Both the position numbers and the translations under genes were made by a program. Source: Vicinamibacterales bacterium (GTDB taxonomy: Bacteria > Acidobacteriota > Vicinamibacteria > Vicinamibacterales > UBA2999). From it: a stretch of DNA of 64,000 nucleotides. This document shows, one piece after another, positions 27,085 to 39,196 of this stretch. How positions within the stretch are numbered: the first letter of the stretch is position 1; the number at the start of each line of letters is the position of its first letter. The notes under the pieces are model-generated. The model was given only the letters and a program-made list of their open reading frames with translations, had not been told where the DNA came from and did not search any database. The stretch covers positions 27,487 through 91,486 of the forward strand of contig JBFWZN010000010.1 in NCBI GenBank assembly GCA_050185275.1, given 5' to 3'.

Positions 27085-28341
27085 ATGCCGATTCCGGTGC
27101 ACCAACCGTTTCAGCCCTCAGACCGCGGACTCCTCTGCGAATCCGTCAGTATCGACGTCATCGCCCGTCAGGTCGGTACCCCCGTCTACGTGTACAGCGC
27201 CGGGGCGGTCCGCGCGGCCTACGGCGCGCTGGACGCGGCATTCGGGGCCTATCCGCATGCGATTCACTACGCGCTGAAGGCCAACTCGGCCCTTGCCCTC
27301 TGCCGGCTGGTGCGCGACCTTGGCGGGCGGGCCGACGCCAACTCCGGCGGCGAGATTGCGGTGGCCCTGCGGGCCGGCTTCACGGCCGACGAAATCCTGT
27401 TCACCGGCGTTGGCAAGACCCGCGAGGAACTGGAACAGGCGATCGGCCTGAACGTCGCCGCCATCAACGCCGAGTCGGCCGGCGAACTCGATCGCATCGC
27501 GCAGATCGCCGGCGCTCTCGGGCGCACCGCGCGCGTGGCGCTGCGTGTCAACCCGGACATCGACTCCGGCAGCCATCCGCACATCTCCACCGGGCTCAAG
27601 ACGAACAAGTTCGGCGTGCCCCTGCAGGACGCACGCGCCATCTACCGTGACCGGCGCGATGCCGGCGGCCTGCGGTTCGTCGGGGTGCACGTCCACATCG
27701 GGTCCCAGATCACCACCCCCGAGCCCCTGGTGCGCGCCGCGGACGCCCTCGCCACGCTGGGACTCGAACTGCGGGACGACGGTGTGGCTCTCGAGCACCT
27801 GGACCTCGGCGGCGGTCTCGGCATCACCTACGACGGCGCTCCGGTGATCACGGCCTCGCAGTACGCCGCGGCGACCCTGCCGCACCTCCGGCGGGTCGGA
27901 CTGCCCGTCGTGCTCGAGCCCGGGCGCTCCATCGTCGGCAATGCCGGCGCACTGGTCTCCACGGTCGTGGACACCAAGACCTTCCCCGACGGCCGATCGT
28001 TCGCCGTCCTCGATGCAGGCATGACAGAGCTGATGCGGCCGGCCCTTTACGGCTCGTTTCACCGTATCGTTCCGGTATCGCCGCGGGTGGGGGACGCCCG
28101 TGCCTGGGACGTGGTGGGGCCGATCTGCGAGAGCAGCGATGTCTTCGGTCGCGAGCGTCTCCTGCCGCCGCTGGCCGTGGACGACCTGCTCGCCGTCCTC
28201 GACGCGGGCGCCTACGGGAGCGTGATGGCCTCGAACTACAACCGGCGCCTCCTGCCGCCCGAGGTGCTCGTCGATGGCGACCAGTGGCAGGTGATCCGGC
28301 GCCGGCAGACCCTGGACGATCTGCTGGCCCTCGAGTCCTGA
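27085..28341 (+). CDS. lysA: diaminopimelate decarboxylase
   Basis: LLCESVSIDVIARQVGTPVYVYS, PLP lysine context HYALKANS, GGGLGI, CESSD. Confidence 0.95.
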   Translation: MPIPVHQPFQPSDRGLLCESVSIDVIARQVGTPVYVYSAGAVRAAYGALDAAFGAYPHAIHYALKANSALALCRLVRDLGGRADANSGGEIAVALRAGFTADEILFTGVGKTREELEQAIGLNVAAINAESAGELDRIAQIAGALGRTARVALRVNPDIDSGSHPHISTGLKTNKFGVPLQDARAIYRDRRDAGGLRFVGVHVHIGSQITTPEPLVRAADALATLGLELRDDGVALEHLDLGGGLGITYDGAPVITASQYAAATLPHLRRVGLPVVLEPGRSIVGNAGALVSTVVDTKTFPDGRSFAVLDAGMTELMRPALYGSFHRIVPVSPRVGDARAWDVVGPICESSDVFGRERLLPPLAVDDLLAVLDAGAYGSVMASNYNRRLLPPEVLVDGDQWQVIRRRQTLDDLLALES

Positions 28342-28356
28342 CGAACGCAGCCCGAC

Positions 28357-28941
28357 ATGCACGCCGGCCTCCTCGTGGCATTCGAAGGGCTCGATCAGAG
28401 CGGCAAGCAGACGCAGGCGGAACTGCTCCGCGACCGTCTCGAGGCCCTCGGACGCGAGGTGGCCCTCCTCCAGTTTCCCGACTACACGACGCCGCTCGGC
28501 ACGGAGATCGGCCTCGCGCTGCGGGGCGAGCGCAACTACGCGGCTGATCTGCTGCAGCTGCTGTATGTGGCGAACCGGTACGAGTGGCGCGGAGAGATCG
28601 AGCGGCTTCGGGCGTCCGGCGCGGTCGTTGTCTGCGACCGGTACATCGCCTCCAGCGTGGCCTACGGCGAGGCGCAGGGGCTCGATCCGTCGTGGCTGAC
28701 CGACATCCAGCGGCATCTGCCCGCGCCGGATCTCACCCTGCTGCTCGACATGGCGCCGGAGGTGTCGGCCGGGCGCAAGGCTACCGGGCGTGACCGGTTC
28801 GAGCAGGATCTCGCGCTGCTGGCACGGGTGCGCACGAGCTACCAGCGACAGGTGGGGCCGGGCTGGGTGAGGTTGGACGCGAATCGGGACCGGGATGCCG
28901 TGGCGGCCGACGTGTGGCAGGCTCTCGCCAGCCGCTTCTGA
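28357..28941 (+). CDS. tmk: dTMP kinase
   Basis: FEGLDQSGKQTQ P-loop variant, DRYIASSVAYG, and an LID-like RKATGRDRFE segment. Confidence 0.88.
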   Translation: MHAGLLVAFEGLDQSGKQTQAELLRDRLEALGREVALLQFPDYTTPLGTEIGLALRGERNYAADLLQLLYVANRYEWRGEIERLRASGAVVVCDRYIASSVAYGEAQGLDPSWLTDIQRHLPAPDLTLLLDMAPEVSAGRKATGRDRFEQDLALLARVRTSYQRQVGPGWVRLDANRDRDAVAADVWQALASRF

Positions 28942-28983
28942 ACGGCCTCTGCTGGCGCGCCGTGCGCCACCAGGCCGGACCGC

Positions 28984-30057
28984 TCAGCGCTTGCGCAGGT
29001 CCCGGATGAACGATGCGGCGCGCACGGCCACGCGGTTCTTGCCGTATTTCTTGGCGTCCAGCAGGGCCTGGTCGGCCCGCTTCAGCAGGCTTTCCTTGGT
29101 GTCGCCGGCCGAGGCCTCGGCGATGCCGCAGCTGAGCGTGAGCTTCACGTCCCCGTCCGGAAGACACTCGGACTTGGTCAGCTCGCCCAGCACCGTGCGC
29201 ATGCGGCTTTCCGCCATGCGGAGGTTCATGCCGGCGGCGAGCACCACGAACTCATCGCCGCCGAGGCGGGCGACCAGGTCGTCGGACCGCACGGCCGCCG
29301 CCAGGGCGTCGGCCACGGCGATGAGCGCCTTGTCCCCGATGGGATGTCCGAAGGTGTCGTTGATGGACTTGAAGTCGTCGAGGTCGACCATCACGATGAC
29401 GAACTGCTTGCCCGACGTCTGCAGCCACTTCTGACAGACCCGATCGAACGTCCGGCGGTTCGCGACGCCCGTGAGCGGATCGAGCGAGGCCTCGTGCTGG
29501 GTTTCGACCAGCTGCTGCTCGAGTTCATGCAGGCGGGTCTCGAAGCCGGCCACCGTCGTCTGCCACGTCTGCTGCCGCTCCACCGCCATCTGCTTGAGCG
29601 CGGTGACCTCGGTGGCCAGGGCTTCCTTCAGCTTCCGGATGTCGCCGATGCGCGACATCGCGTCGAAACGCTGCGCGGTCTCACCAATATTGTTCGAGAA
29701 CGTCCTGTTGTAACCGCCAATGGTCGCCACGGCGTCTCGCACCATGACGAACAGGCCGTTGAGCTCCAGCGTCTTCGCCCGGCGGCGCTTCTCGGCGCGG
29801 GAGAGGGCATCCGCGCACGCCGCGAAGCAGGACTGGGTGATCGACTCGAGGGTCTGTACGTCGCGCACGTCGGCAAACGCGGCCCGGCAGCGCTCGACTT
29901 CCTGCACGAAGGCCCGTCCCTCCTCCCCATCCTCATCCGCCGCCAGGGCACGGGCGATGATCTCGAGGGCACGGTCGAGCACCTGCCTGAGGGCGGAGGG
30001 GAGTTCGGCGCCGGGAGAGTCCCTGAGGCCGAGTTCAGTGAGGATGTCGGACGGCAT
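28984..30057 (-). CDS. diguanylate cyclase (GGDEF) with an N-terminal coiled-coil-type domain
   Basis: DPLTGVANRR...VMVDLDDFKSINDTFGH...RSDDLVARLGGDEFVV. An RxxD I-site lies 5 residues before GGDEF. The start is ATG 30057, or 30090. Confidence 0.85.
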   Translation of the reverse strand: MPSDILTELGLRDSPGAELPSALRQVLDRALEIIARALAADEDGEEGRAFVQEVERCRAAFADVRDVQTLESITQSCFAACADALSRAEKRRRAKTLELNGLFVMVRDAVATIGGYNRTFSNNIGETAQRFDAMSRIGDIRKLKEALATEVTALKQMAVERQQTWQTTVAGFETRLHELEQQLVETQHEASLDPLTGVANRRTFDRVCQKWLQTSGKQFVIVMVDLDDFKSINDTFGHPIGDKALIAVADALAAAVRSDDLVARLGGDEFVVLAAGMNLRMAESRMRTVLGELTKSECLPDGDVKLTLSCGIAEASAGDTKESLLKRADQALLDAKKYGKNRVAVRAASFIRDLRKR

Positions 30058-30108
30058 GCTTCCGACCCTTGTATCGGCTCCCCTGACCACCGCTTTAAGC
30101 GCCTGCCC

Positions 30109-30981
30109 TCAGGTGGGTGTGTTCGGCCCCCGACGCGGCACGAGGTTGTCCTGCGTGGTTCTTCCCAGCGTTGCGCGCGCGAGGGTCAGGAGGCGCACCT
30201 CCCTGGCTCCCGTCGCCAGGAGAACGGCCGCGCACGCCCGCAGCGTGGCCCCCGTCGTGATGACGTCGTCGACCACCACAACCGTGCGCCCTTCGAGCCA
30301 GCGCCGCCGCGTGCGTCGGCCGAGCCAGGGGGCCACACCGAAGGCGCCCTCGACGTTACGGGCCCGTGCCCTGCGCCCCAGGGGCGCCTGCGGCGCGGTG
30401 GGCCGCCGGCGCCACAGGGCCTGAAGGACGGGAGGGCCCAGGTGCCTGGCCAGCTCCGCGGCCTGGTTGAAGCCCCGATGCAGCCGCCGCCAGGCGTGCA
30501 GGGGCACCGGGACCACGACGTCCGCGTCCCGCAGCACCAGCTCGCCGGCGCGGCGCATGATGCTCGCCAGGGGCGGGGCGAGTCCCCGACGACGTTCGTA
30601 CTTGAAGGCCTGGAGCAGCCGCTTGAGGGGACCTTCGTAGGGACCGCCGGTTCGGGCGAGCGAGATGCCGAGGGTGCCCTGGCACAGCGGGCACTGGTGG
30701 GAGATCGGGTCGGGCCGCCACGACGGCAGGGACCATCCGCAGGAGTTGCACAGGGGGGGAGACGGGGGACGACAGGCCGCCAGGCAGTCGAGGCACACCG
30801 GCCCGAGGCCCGCTCTCGCGAGGAGGCGCCCACAGGCGGCGCACTCCGGTTCGAGCAGCGCAATGAGGACGGCATCCCGCAGCCGTGGCAGCAGGGGGCC
30901 GTCGGGCAGGTCGTCAGGGTTCGTCGCTGAAGGCGTGTCGCTCCGCGTTGCCCCAGAGCCGCTCCAGCCCGTAGTACGCAC
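30109..30981 (-). CDS. ComF family protein (phosphoribosyltransferase domain)
   Basis: Cys pairs CAACG..CLDC and CNSCG..CPLC, with PRT motif VVVVDDVITTGATL. There is no in-frame ATG between the conserved N-terminus and rsfS. The start is tentatively GTG 30981, overlapping rsfS. Confidence 0.7.
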   Translation of the reverse strand: MRTTGWSGSGATRSDTPSATNPDDLPDGPLLPRLRDAVLIALLEPECAACGRLLARAGLGPVCLDCLAACRPPSPPLCNSCGWSLPSWRPDPISHQCPLCQGTLGISLARTGGPYEGPLKRLLQAFKYERRRGLAPPLASIMRRAGELVLRDADVVVPVPLHAWRRLHRGFNQAAELARHLGPPVLQALWRRRPTAPQAPLGRRARARNVEGAFGVAPWLGRRTRRRWLEGRTVVVVDDVITTGATLRACAAVLLATGAREVRLLTLARATLGRTTQDNLVPRRGPNTPT

Positions 30982-31322
30982 GGCACTCCTTGCTGAAGAT
31001 GTGCACGACGAAGTCGAAGTAGTCGAGCAGCACCCACTCCGCGCCGTCGGTACCCTCCGCGCCGGCGGGACGCTCGTCGAAGTCCTCGCGGAGCCGTTCG
31101 CGAACAGAGTCGGCGATGGCCGACACCTGGCGCGCGTTCGCGCCCGTGCACAGGATGAAGTAGTCCGTGAACCCACCGGCCTGGCGCAGGTCCAGCACGA
31201 CCACGTCCGTGGCCTTCTTGTCGAGCGCGGCCTTCACCACGCCGCTGACCACCTTCGGGAGTCTGGGCTTGCGTGCCTTGCGCTCCTCACCAGGGGCGGT
31301 CTGCAGATCTCCCGCGGCCGCC

Positions 31323-33310
<1,988 letters not shown>

Positions 33311-33568
33311 CTACTCGACAGGAATGACGCTGATCCGCCGACCACGGCCACCGTGGTCCTCGAACCGCACACGGCCGGCGGCCGTGGCATACAGCGTGTC
33401 GTCCTTCCCGAGACCGACATTGAGGCCCGGTGCAAACCGCCGCCCCCGCTGACGCACGAGGATGGAGCCGCCCGTGACGAGGTTGCCGTCGTGGCGCTTC
33501 ACGCCGAGCCGCTGGGAATTGCTGTCGCGGCCGTTGCGGGAACTGCCCTGTCCTTTTTTATGAGCCAT
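33311..33568 (-). CDS. rpmA: 50S ribosomal protein L27
   Basis: [28 protein letters not shown]... Confidence 0.97.
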   Translation of the reverse strand: MAHKKGQGSSRNGRDSNSQRLGVKRHDGNLVTGGSILVRQRGRRFAPGLNVGLGKDDTLYATAAGRVRFEDHGGRGRRISVIPVE

Positions 33569-33624
33569 CTGGTCACCAGCGCCGTGAGCGCCACGTGGCG
33601 CGGTCCGTGGACCGCCGCCCCGTA

Positions 33625-33939
33625 CTAGGCGTGAATATCCGTAATCCGCACGCGCGTGAAGAAGCTTCGGTGGCCGCGCGTCTTGCGGAAGCCCTTCCGC
33701 CGCTTCTTCTTGAACACGCGAAGCTTGGGGCCTCTGGCCTCGCCGTCCACCACGCCGACCACACGGGCGTCCGCGATGTAGGGCGCGCCCGCAACCACCT
33801 CGCCGGCGTCCCGTTCCACGAGCAGAACCTGATCGAACACCAGTTCCGAGCCCGGTTCTCCGGGCTTGCCGTCTACTTCAACGATGCTGCCGGGCGTTAC
33901 CTTGAGCTGCCGGCCCTTGGCCTGAATGATGGCGTACAC
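33625..33939 (-). CDS. rplU: 50S ribosomal protein L21
   Basis: GTG 33939 is preceded by GAGGGA. Sequence: [14 protein letters not shown]...[14 protein letters not shown]. Confidence 0.93.
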   Translation of the reverse strand: MYAIIQAKGRQLKVTPGSIVEVDGKPGEPGSELVFDQVLLVERDAGEVVAGAPYIADARVVGVVDGEARGPKLRVFKKKRRKGFRKTRGHRSFFTRVRITDIHA

Positions 33940-34053
33940 GGGTTGTTCCCTCGTCAACTGGCGCCGCACCGGCGATAGGCCGGCCAGGCAAACACCGAGC
34001 TTAGCAGATCAATTCCGCCCGCGGCAAGGGCGGCGTCGGTCCCCTGCGGACCC

Positions 34054-34809
34054 CTACTGCAGCAGGATACGCGTGCCCCGGATCTTCTGGCTGCTGAGGG
34101 TGCTCAGGAAGCTGGGGAGCAGTCGATCCATGAGCTCGAAGTAGGACGACAGCGCAGGCGTGACCTGATTGGCGTTGTAGAGCACTTCTTCGCGGAACGT
34201 CTCGGAGTGGATGGTGGCTCCGGTGCGGCCGTCGATGAAGACGAAGCGTGGCCGGAGGACGAACCCTTTCCGCTCCACGTAGGTGCGGACGGGCACGACC
34301 CGACGACGGCCGAACGAGTCGTAGACTTCCTGCTCCCGCTGCACGAAGCCGGAGCGGGCATGCGGCGTGAAGAGGACCGTGCCCGTCACGATCAGGGGGT
34401 TCTGGTACTCCTCGCCGATGCGCTTCCAGTAGTCCACGTTTGCGAACAGGTGCTCGTAGGGCTGAAGATCGTCCTCGCCCTCGATGATCGCCTCACCGTC
34501 GTCGTTCCTGGCCGGCGGCGCCTCGAGGCCCTCTTCAGCCACCGCGATGAGCGGCAGCACGTCGGAGTCGATGACGTTCAGTTCCGACTTCGTCCGGAGC
34601 TGACTGCGCAACAGGCGGGTCGTCTCGACGTTGCCATCGAGGTCCCCGGTGCCGCCGGAAATGAAGCCGGCCACCAGAACGCGATCGAAGGCCGAGACGT
34701 CCAGCTTCGGCCGGATCGGCGTTTCGATGGGGATCTCGTAGTACGTGGTACACGCGGCCAGCAGGACCGCAACGAGGCTAGCGATCGTCGGTGCGAGTCG
34801 TGCGGTCAT
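34054..34809 (-). CDS. hypothetical lipoprotein
   Basis: Lipobox LLAAC. 251 aa with high GC3 and no recognised domain. It overlaps the upstream TPR gene by 32 nt. Confidence 0.6.
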   Translation of the reverse strand: MTARLAPTIASLVAVLLAACTTYYEIPIETPIRPKLDVSAFDRVLVAGFISGGTGDLDGNVETTRLLRSQLRTKSELNVIDSDVLPLIAVAEEGLEAPPARNDDGEAIIEGEDDLQPYEHLFANVDYWKRIGEEYQNPLIVTGTVLFTPHARSGFVQREQEVYDSFGRRRVVPVRTYVERKGFVLRPRFVFIDGRTGATIHSETFREEVLYNANQVTPALSSYFELMDRLLPSFLSTLSSQKIRGTRILLQ

Positions 34810-35131
34810 TGATTTCCCTGAACAGTTCGTAGTTCTGCCGGATCATCAGATTGTTGGGGTCGAGCTCGAGCGCACGTTCGTACGCGGCGCGCGCCTTCTC
34901 GAGATCGCCCTCGTGCTCGTAACCGATGGCCAGGTTGTTCTGCGCGGCTGGATAAGTCGGATCGATCTCGACCGCGCGCTCCCACCGGTAGATGGCCTCT
35001 CGCCAGAGGCCACGTTGGGCCACGTTGATACCGAACTCAACCTGCTTGCGGGCGTCCGAACGAGCATCGGCATGGAGGGGTGCCGTGAGCGGAAGGACCG
35101 CGAGCAGCGCGGCCAGGAAGAGCGTACGCAT
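34778..35131 (-). CDS. secreted tetratricopeptide-repeat protein
   Basis: Met 35131 of ORF 34778..35899. Signal peptide MRTLFLAALLAVLPLTAPLHA. TPR pattern WERAVEIDPTYPAAQNNLAIGYEHEGDLEKARAAYERALELDPNN. Confidence 0.7.
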   Translation of the reverse strand: MRTLFLAALLAVLPLTAPLHADARSDARKQVEFGINVAQRGLWREAIYRWERAVEIDPTYPAAQNNLAIGYEHEGDLEKARAAYERALELDPNNLMIRQNYELFREINDRTTRTDDR

Positions 35132-35159
35132 CCGGGAAACCCCCTCTGTGCTACCCGTA

Positions 35160-35189
35160 ACTATAGTGACACCCTCGCGGGATCCGCAA
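35160..35189 (-). promoter_or_regulatory. sigma-70-type promoter candidate (TTGCGG-18-TATAGT) for the TPR/lipoprotein pair
   Basis: On the minus strand, TATAGT is at 35165-35160 and TTGCGG at 35189-35184. It sits 28 nt upstream of ATG 35131, and RBS AGAGGGGG lies between. Confidence 0.35.
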
Positions 35190-35435
35190 GCGTGGCCGTA
35201 CAGGCTGGTTGCGGTCGAGCAAGGCACGTACCAGCCCGTCCATGTCTGGATGCCTGATCCGGTCGGACTGCGGGAGGCACATTGCCGTCGAGGCGGGGAC
35301 ACATGTCGCCCTTTCGACCTGCAGGCACCGCGGTCGCCGCCGATACGAGAGGAGAACGGGGGACGGGTGTGCCTGCTGGCCCATGCCCGGCCGCCTGCCG
35401 CACATGGCAGGTGGCCGCGTGCTGGAGGTGTCCGC

Positions 35436-36458
35436 ATGTCGCTCGAGCGCGCTGTCGCCGTGTCCCTCGTTCCCGGCCTGTCACGTCTGCACCGGATGTC
35501 CCGCCTGCGGGCCGGCGAACCGGCCCTGACCAGACTCGCCAACCACGTGCTGCCGGAGGCTCGCGCGATCCTCGCCGCAGCGGCCGCCGCGGGTATCACC
35601 GCCCTGGCGTGGGACGATCCCGCCTTTCCGCCGCTGTTGCGGGCGATCCCGGATTGCCCGCCGGTGCTCTGGTGCCGGGGCGATCGCGATGCGCTGCTGG
35701 CGCCCGCAGTGGCGGTCGTCGGTTCCCGCGCTGCGTCCCAGACCGCGCTCCAGGTGTCGGCGCGTCTGGGCGAACGCCTCGCGGCATTCGGCGTCGTGGT
35801 CGTCAGCGGCCTCGCCAGAGGCATCGACTCCGCGGCCCACCGCGGCGCGCTCCGCGCAGGGCGCACGATCGGGGTGCTGGGGTCCGGCCCCGACCGCATC
35901 TATCCATCGGAGCATGCGAGCCTTGCACACGAGATGCTGGCACGCGGCATGGTGGTCTCGGAGTACCCGCCAGGCACGCCGCCGCGACCGTTTCGCTTTC
36001 CCGAACGAAATCGCCTCATCAGCGGCCTGTCCCTTGCCGTGGTGGTGGTCGAGGCCTCGGAACACTCGGGGTCGCTCATCACCGTGGCCCGTGCGAGCGA
36101 GCAGGGGCGCGAGGTGATGGCCGTGCCCGGCAGCGTCCTGGGCGGACGCAATCGCGGAGCCCACGGCCTGATTCGGGACGGCGCAAAGATTGTTGAGACT
36201 GCGGACGATATCGTTGAGGAACTCCGGCTGCGTCCGCCTGGCGTCGTCGGGGTGGAGGCATCTGCAAGCCACTGCAGGAATGAGGCTTGTGTGGACCCGC
36301 TCCTCACGACGATGCTCCCGGGAGAGCCCGTCTCACTCGATACGCTTGTCGATCGTACGGGCGTTGCTGGCGCCAGGCTTCTCGTGCGACTGCTCGATCT
36401 GGAACTGCGCGGACTCGTCCAACGCCTTCCGGGTGGCGGTTTCGTGCGTTCCTGTTGA
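35436..36458 (+). CDS. dprA: DNA-processing protein DprA
   Basis: VAVVGSRAAS...VVSGLARGIDSAAHRGAL...FPERNRLISGLS...VVVVEASEHSGSLITV. An alternative in-frame start is GTG 35367. Confidence 0.9.
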   Translation: MSLERAVAVSLVPGLSRLHRMSRLRAGEPALTRLANHVLPEARAILAAAAAAGITALAWDDPAFPPLLRAIPDCPPVLWCRGDRDALLAPAVAVVGSRAASQTALQVSARLGERLAAFGVVVVSGLARGIDSAAHRGALRAGRTIGVLGSGPDRIYPSEHASLAHEMLARGMVVSEYPPGTPPRPFRFPERNRLISGLSLAVVVVEASEHSGSLITVARASEQGREVMAVPGSVLGGRNRGAHGLIRDGAKIVETADDIVEELRLRPPGVVGVEASASHCRNEACVDPLLTTMLPGEPVSLDTLVDRTGVAGARLLVRLLDLELRGLVQRLPGGGFVRSC

Positions 36459-36481
36459 ACGTGCTAGTGTGGATTCCCTGA

Positions 36482-39187
36482 ATGGCAAAACCGCTGGTCA
36501 TCGTCGAATCGCCGGCAAAGGCCAAGACATTGGGCCGCTTTCTCGGTGCGGACTATCGCGTCGAGGCGAGCTATGGACACATCCGCGACCTGCCCGAGTC
36601 GGCCGCCGACGTACCCAAGGAGATCAAGGACAAGGAGTGGGGACGCCTCGGCGTGGATGTCGACAGCGACTTCACGCCCTATTACGTCGTGCCCGCCGAC
36701 AAGAAGAAGCAGGTGGCCCACCTGAAGTCGGCCGTGAAGGAGGCGTCTGAACTCCTCCTGGCGACGGACCCCGACCGGGAGGGGGAATCCATCAGCTGGC
36801 ACCTGACGCAGGTGCTCAAGCCGCGCGTCCCCGTGCGGCGGGTGGTCTTCCACGAGATCACGGAGGATGCCGTTCGCGCCGCGCTGGCCGATCCCGGCGA
36901 CGTCGATGAGAACCTGGTGCGGGCGCAGGAGAGTCGTCGCATCCTCGATCGCCTCTACGGCTACACCCTCTCACCGGTCCTGTGGAAGAAGGTCCAGACG
37001 GGACTCAGCGCCGGTCGGGTGCAAAGCGTGGCCGTCAGACTCGTCGTCGAGCGCGAGGAGCAGCGGCGGGCATTTCGCACCGGCGTGTTCTGGGACCTCG
37101 ACGCGAGACTTCGCGGCGAGGGCCGCGAGTTCGTGGCCACACTGGCCCGGGTGAACGGTGAGCGCGTGGCGACGGGCAAGGATTTCGATCCGGATACCGG
37201 CCGCTTGCGCGCTGCCGGCGCCCGCCTGCTCGACGAGGCGGCCGCCGTGGCGCTCGTCTCCGGCATTCGCGCCAACCTGCCGTGGCGCGTGACCGCCGTC
37301 GAGCAGAAGCCCGGCACCGAGCGTCCGGCCCCCCCGTTCACGACGTCGACGTTGACCCAGGAAGCCAGCCGGAAGCTCGGGTTCTCGACCGAGCGCACGA
37401 TGCAGGTCGCGCAGCGCCTCTTTCAGGGCGTGGACGTGGGCAATGGCCAGATGGAGGGCCTGATCACGTACCACCGGACCGACTCCACCACGCTGTCCGA
37501 CAAGGCACTCGGCGAGTCCGCTCGCGTCATCCGGGAGCTGTTCGGCGACGAGTACTACAGCGGTCCGAGGCGGTACCAGACCAAGGTCAAGAACGCCCAG
37601 GAAGCCCACGAAGCCATCCGGCCCACCGACTTTCGCCTGGCGCCCGCCCAGATGGAGGGCGCGCTCGATCGCGACGAACTCAAGGTGTACGAACTGATCT
37701 GGAAGCGGACGATGGCCTCGCAGATGGTGGATGCCCGCATCCTGCGCACCACGATGGAGATCACCGCCACGGTGCCTGGCGGGGATGTCGCCACGCTCAC
37801 CGCCAGCGGCCGCGCCATCGAGTTCGCCGGCTTCAGGCGCGCGTACGTCGAGGGGAGCGACGATCCCGCCGCCGAACTCGAGGAGCAGGAGGCCATCCTG
37901 CCGAAAGCGGGCGTCGGCGACCTCGTGCACGACGACGGCAGCACGGCGATCGCGTTGCTCGACGCCGACGCCAAGCGTCACGAAACGATGCCCCCCGCCC
38001 GATTCACCGAGGCCTCCCTCATCAAGGAGCTGGAACGACTCGGCATCGGCCGGCCGTCGACCTACGCACCGACGATCGCCACCATCGTCCGGCGGGGCTA
38101 CGTCTTCCGCCAGGGCAAAGCGCTGGTCCCCAGCTTCACGGCGTTCGCGGTCACGAAACTCCTGCGCGAGCACTTCGGCGATTTCGTGGACGTCGGCTTC
38201 ACCGCGGAAATGGAAGACGATCTGGACGAGATCTCCCGGGGTGAGCGTGCCGGTCTCGATTTCATCCGGGAGTTCTACCGAGGGCACGGCGAGCAACGCG
38301 GGTTGCTGACGGCGGTGGAAGAGGATTGGGACCGCATCGACTATCCCGTGCTGGACCTGGGAGCCGACGACGTCACGGGCGAGCCGGTCCGGGTACGCAT
38401 TGGCCGGTTCGGCCCCTTCGTGCAGGTCGGGGAGGGCGGGCCCGGGCGGACGGCCTCCCTGCCCGAGGAACTGGCTCCCGCCGATCTCACGGTGGAGCGC
38501 GCGCTCGAACTCGTTCGGGCCAAGGCGGAGGGTCCACGTGACCTCGGTGTGGATCCTGTGTCGGGAGACCACGTCTTCCTGCTGAACGGCCGGTATGGCG
38601 CCTACGTCCAGCTCGGCGAGACCCCTGAGGACCGGAAGGCGCCCAAGCCGCGGCGTTCGTCCCTGCAGGCGGGCATGACCGAGGCGACCATCACGCTGGA
38701 GGAGGCGCTGCGCCTGTTGTCGCTGCCGCGTGTGGTGGGCACGCATCCCGATGACGGTGGCGACATCACGACCAATTTCGGGCGCTTCGGCCCCTACGTG
38801 AAGCACGGCTCGGAATTCCGCTCGCTCGAGAGCGATGCGCACGTCTTCGACATCTCACTGGACGCGGCGGTGGCACTGCTGCGGGCGCCGAAGCAGTCGA
38901 AGCGACGGCAGGCCGCCCAGAAGACGGTGCTGCGCGAACTGGCCGAGGGGGCGATCGCGCTGAAGGTGCTGTCCGGACGCTACGGCCCCTACGTCACCGA
39001 CGGCACGACGAACGCGTCGCTTCCGAAAGGGGCCGACCCGGCGGTCTTGACCTTTGCAGAGGCGACCGCCCTGCTCGATGCCCGCCGCGAGGCGGGTCCC
39101 TCGAAGCGCCGGCCGGCCGCGCGACGGCGGACGGCGGGAGCCGCCGCGGCGCCCCGCAAGGGGCGGACGCGGCGCGTTCAAGCCTAG
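36482..39187 (+). CDS. topA: DNA topoisomerase I
   Basis: Toprim N-terminus KPLVIVESPAKAKTLGRFLG, active-site region ITYHRTDST, and a long Lys/Arg-rich C-terminus. Confidence 0.97.
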   Translation: MAKPLVIVESPAKAKTLGRFLGADYRVEASYGHIRDLPESAADVPKEIKDKEWGRLGVDVDSDFTPYYVVPADKKKQVAHLKSAVKEASELLLATDPDREGESISWHLTQVLKPRVPVRRVVFHEITEDAVRAALADPGDVDENLVRAQESRRILDRLYGYTLSPVLWKKVQTGLSAGRVQSVAVRLVVEREEQRRAFRTGVFWDLDARLRGEGREFVATLARVNGERVATGKDFDPDTGRLRAAGARLLDEAAAVALVSGIRANLPWRVTAVEQKPGTERPAPPFTTSTLTQEASRKLGFSTERTMQVAQRLFQGVDVGNGQMEGLITYHRTDSTTLSDKALGESARVIRELFGDEYYSGPRRYQTKVKNAQEAHEAIRPTDFRLAPAQMEGALDRDELKVYELIWKRTMASQMVDARILRTTMEITATVPGGDVATLTASGRAIEFAGFRRAYVEGSDDPAAELEEQEAILPKAGVGDLVHDDGSTAIALLDADAKRHETMPPARFTEASLIKELERLGIGRPSTYAPTIATIVRRGYVFRQGKALVPSFTAFAVTKLLREHFGDFVDVGFTAEMEDDLDEISRGERAGLDFIREFYRGHGEQRGLLTAVEEDWDRIDYPVLDLGADDVTGEPVRVRIGRFGPFVQVGEGGPGRTASLPEELAPADLTVERALELVRAKAEGPRDLGVDPVSGDHVFLLNGRYGAYVQLGETPEDRKAPKPRRSSLQAGMTEATITLEEALRLLSLPRVVGTHPDDGGDITTNFGRFGPYVKHGSEFRSLESDAHVFDISLDAAVALLRAPKQSKRRQAAQKTVLRELAEGAIALKVLSGRYGPYVTDGTTNASLPKGADPAVLTFAEATALLDARREAGPSKRRPAARRRTAGAAAAPRKGRTRRVQA

Positions 39188-39196
39188 AGCATCCAC

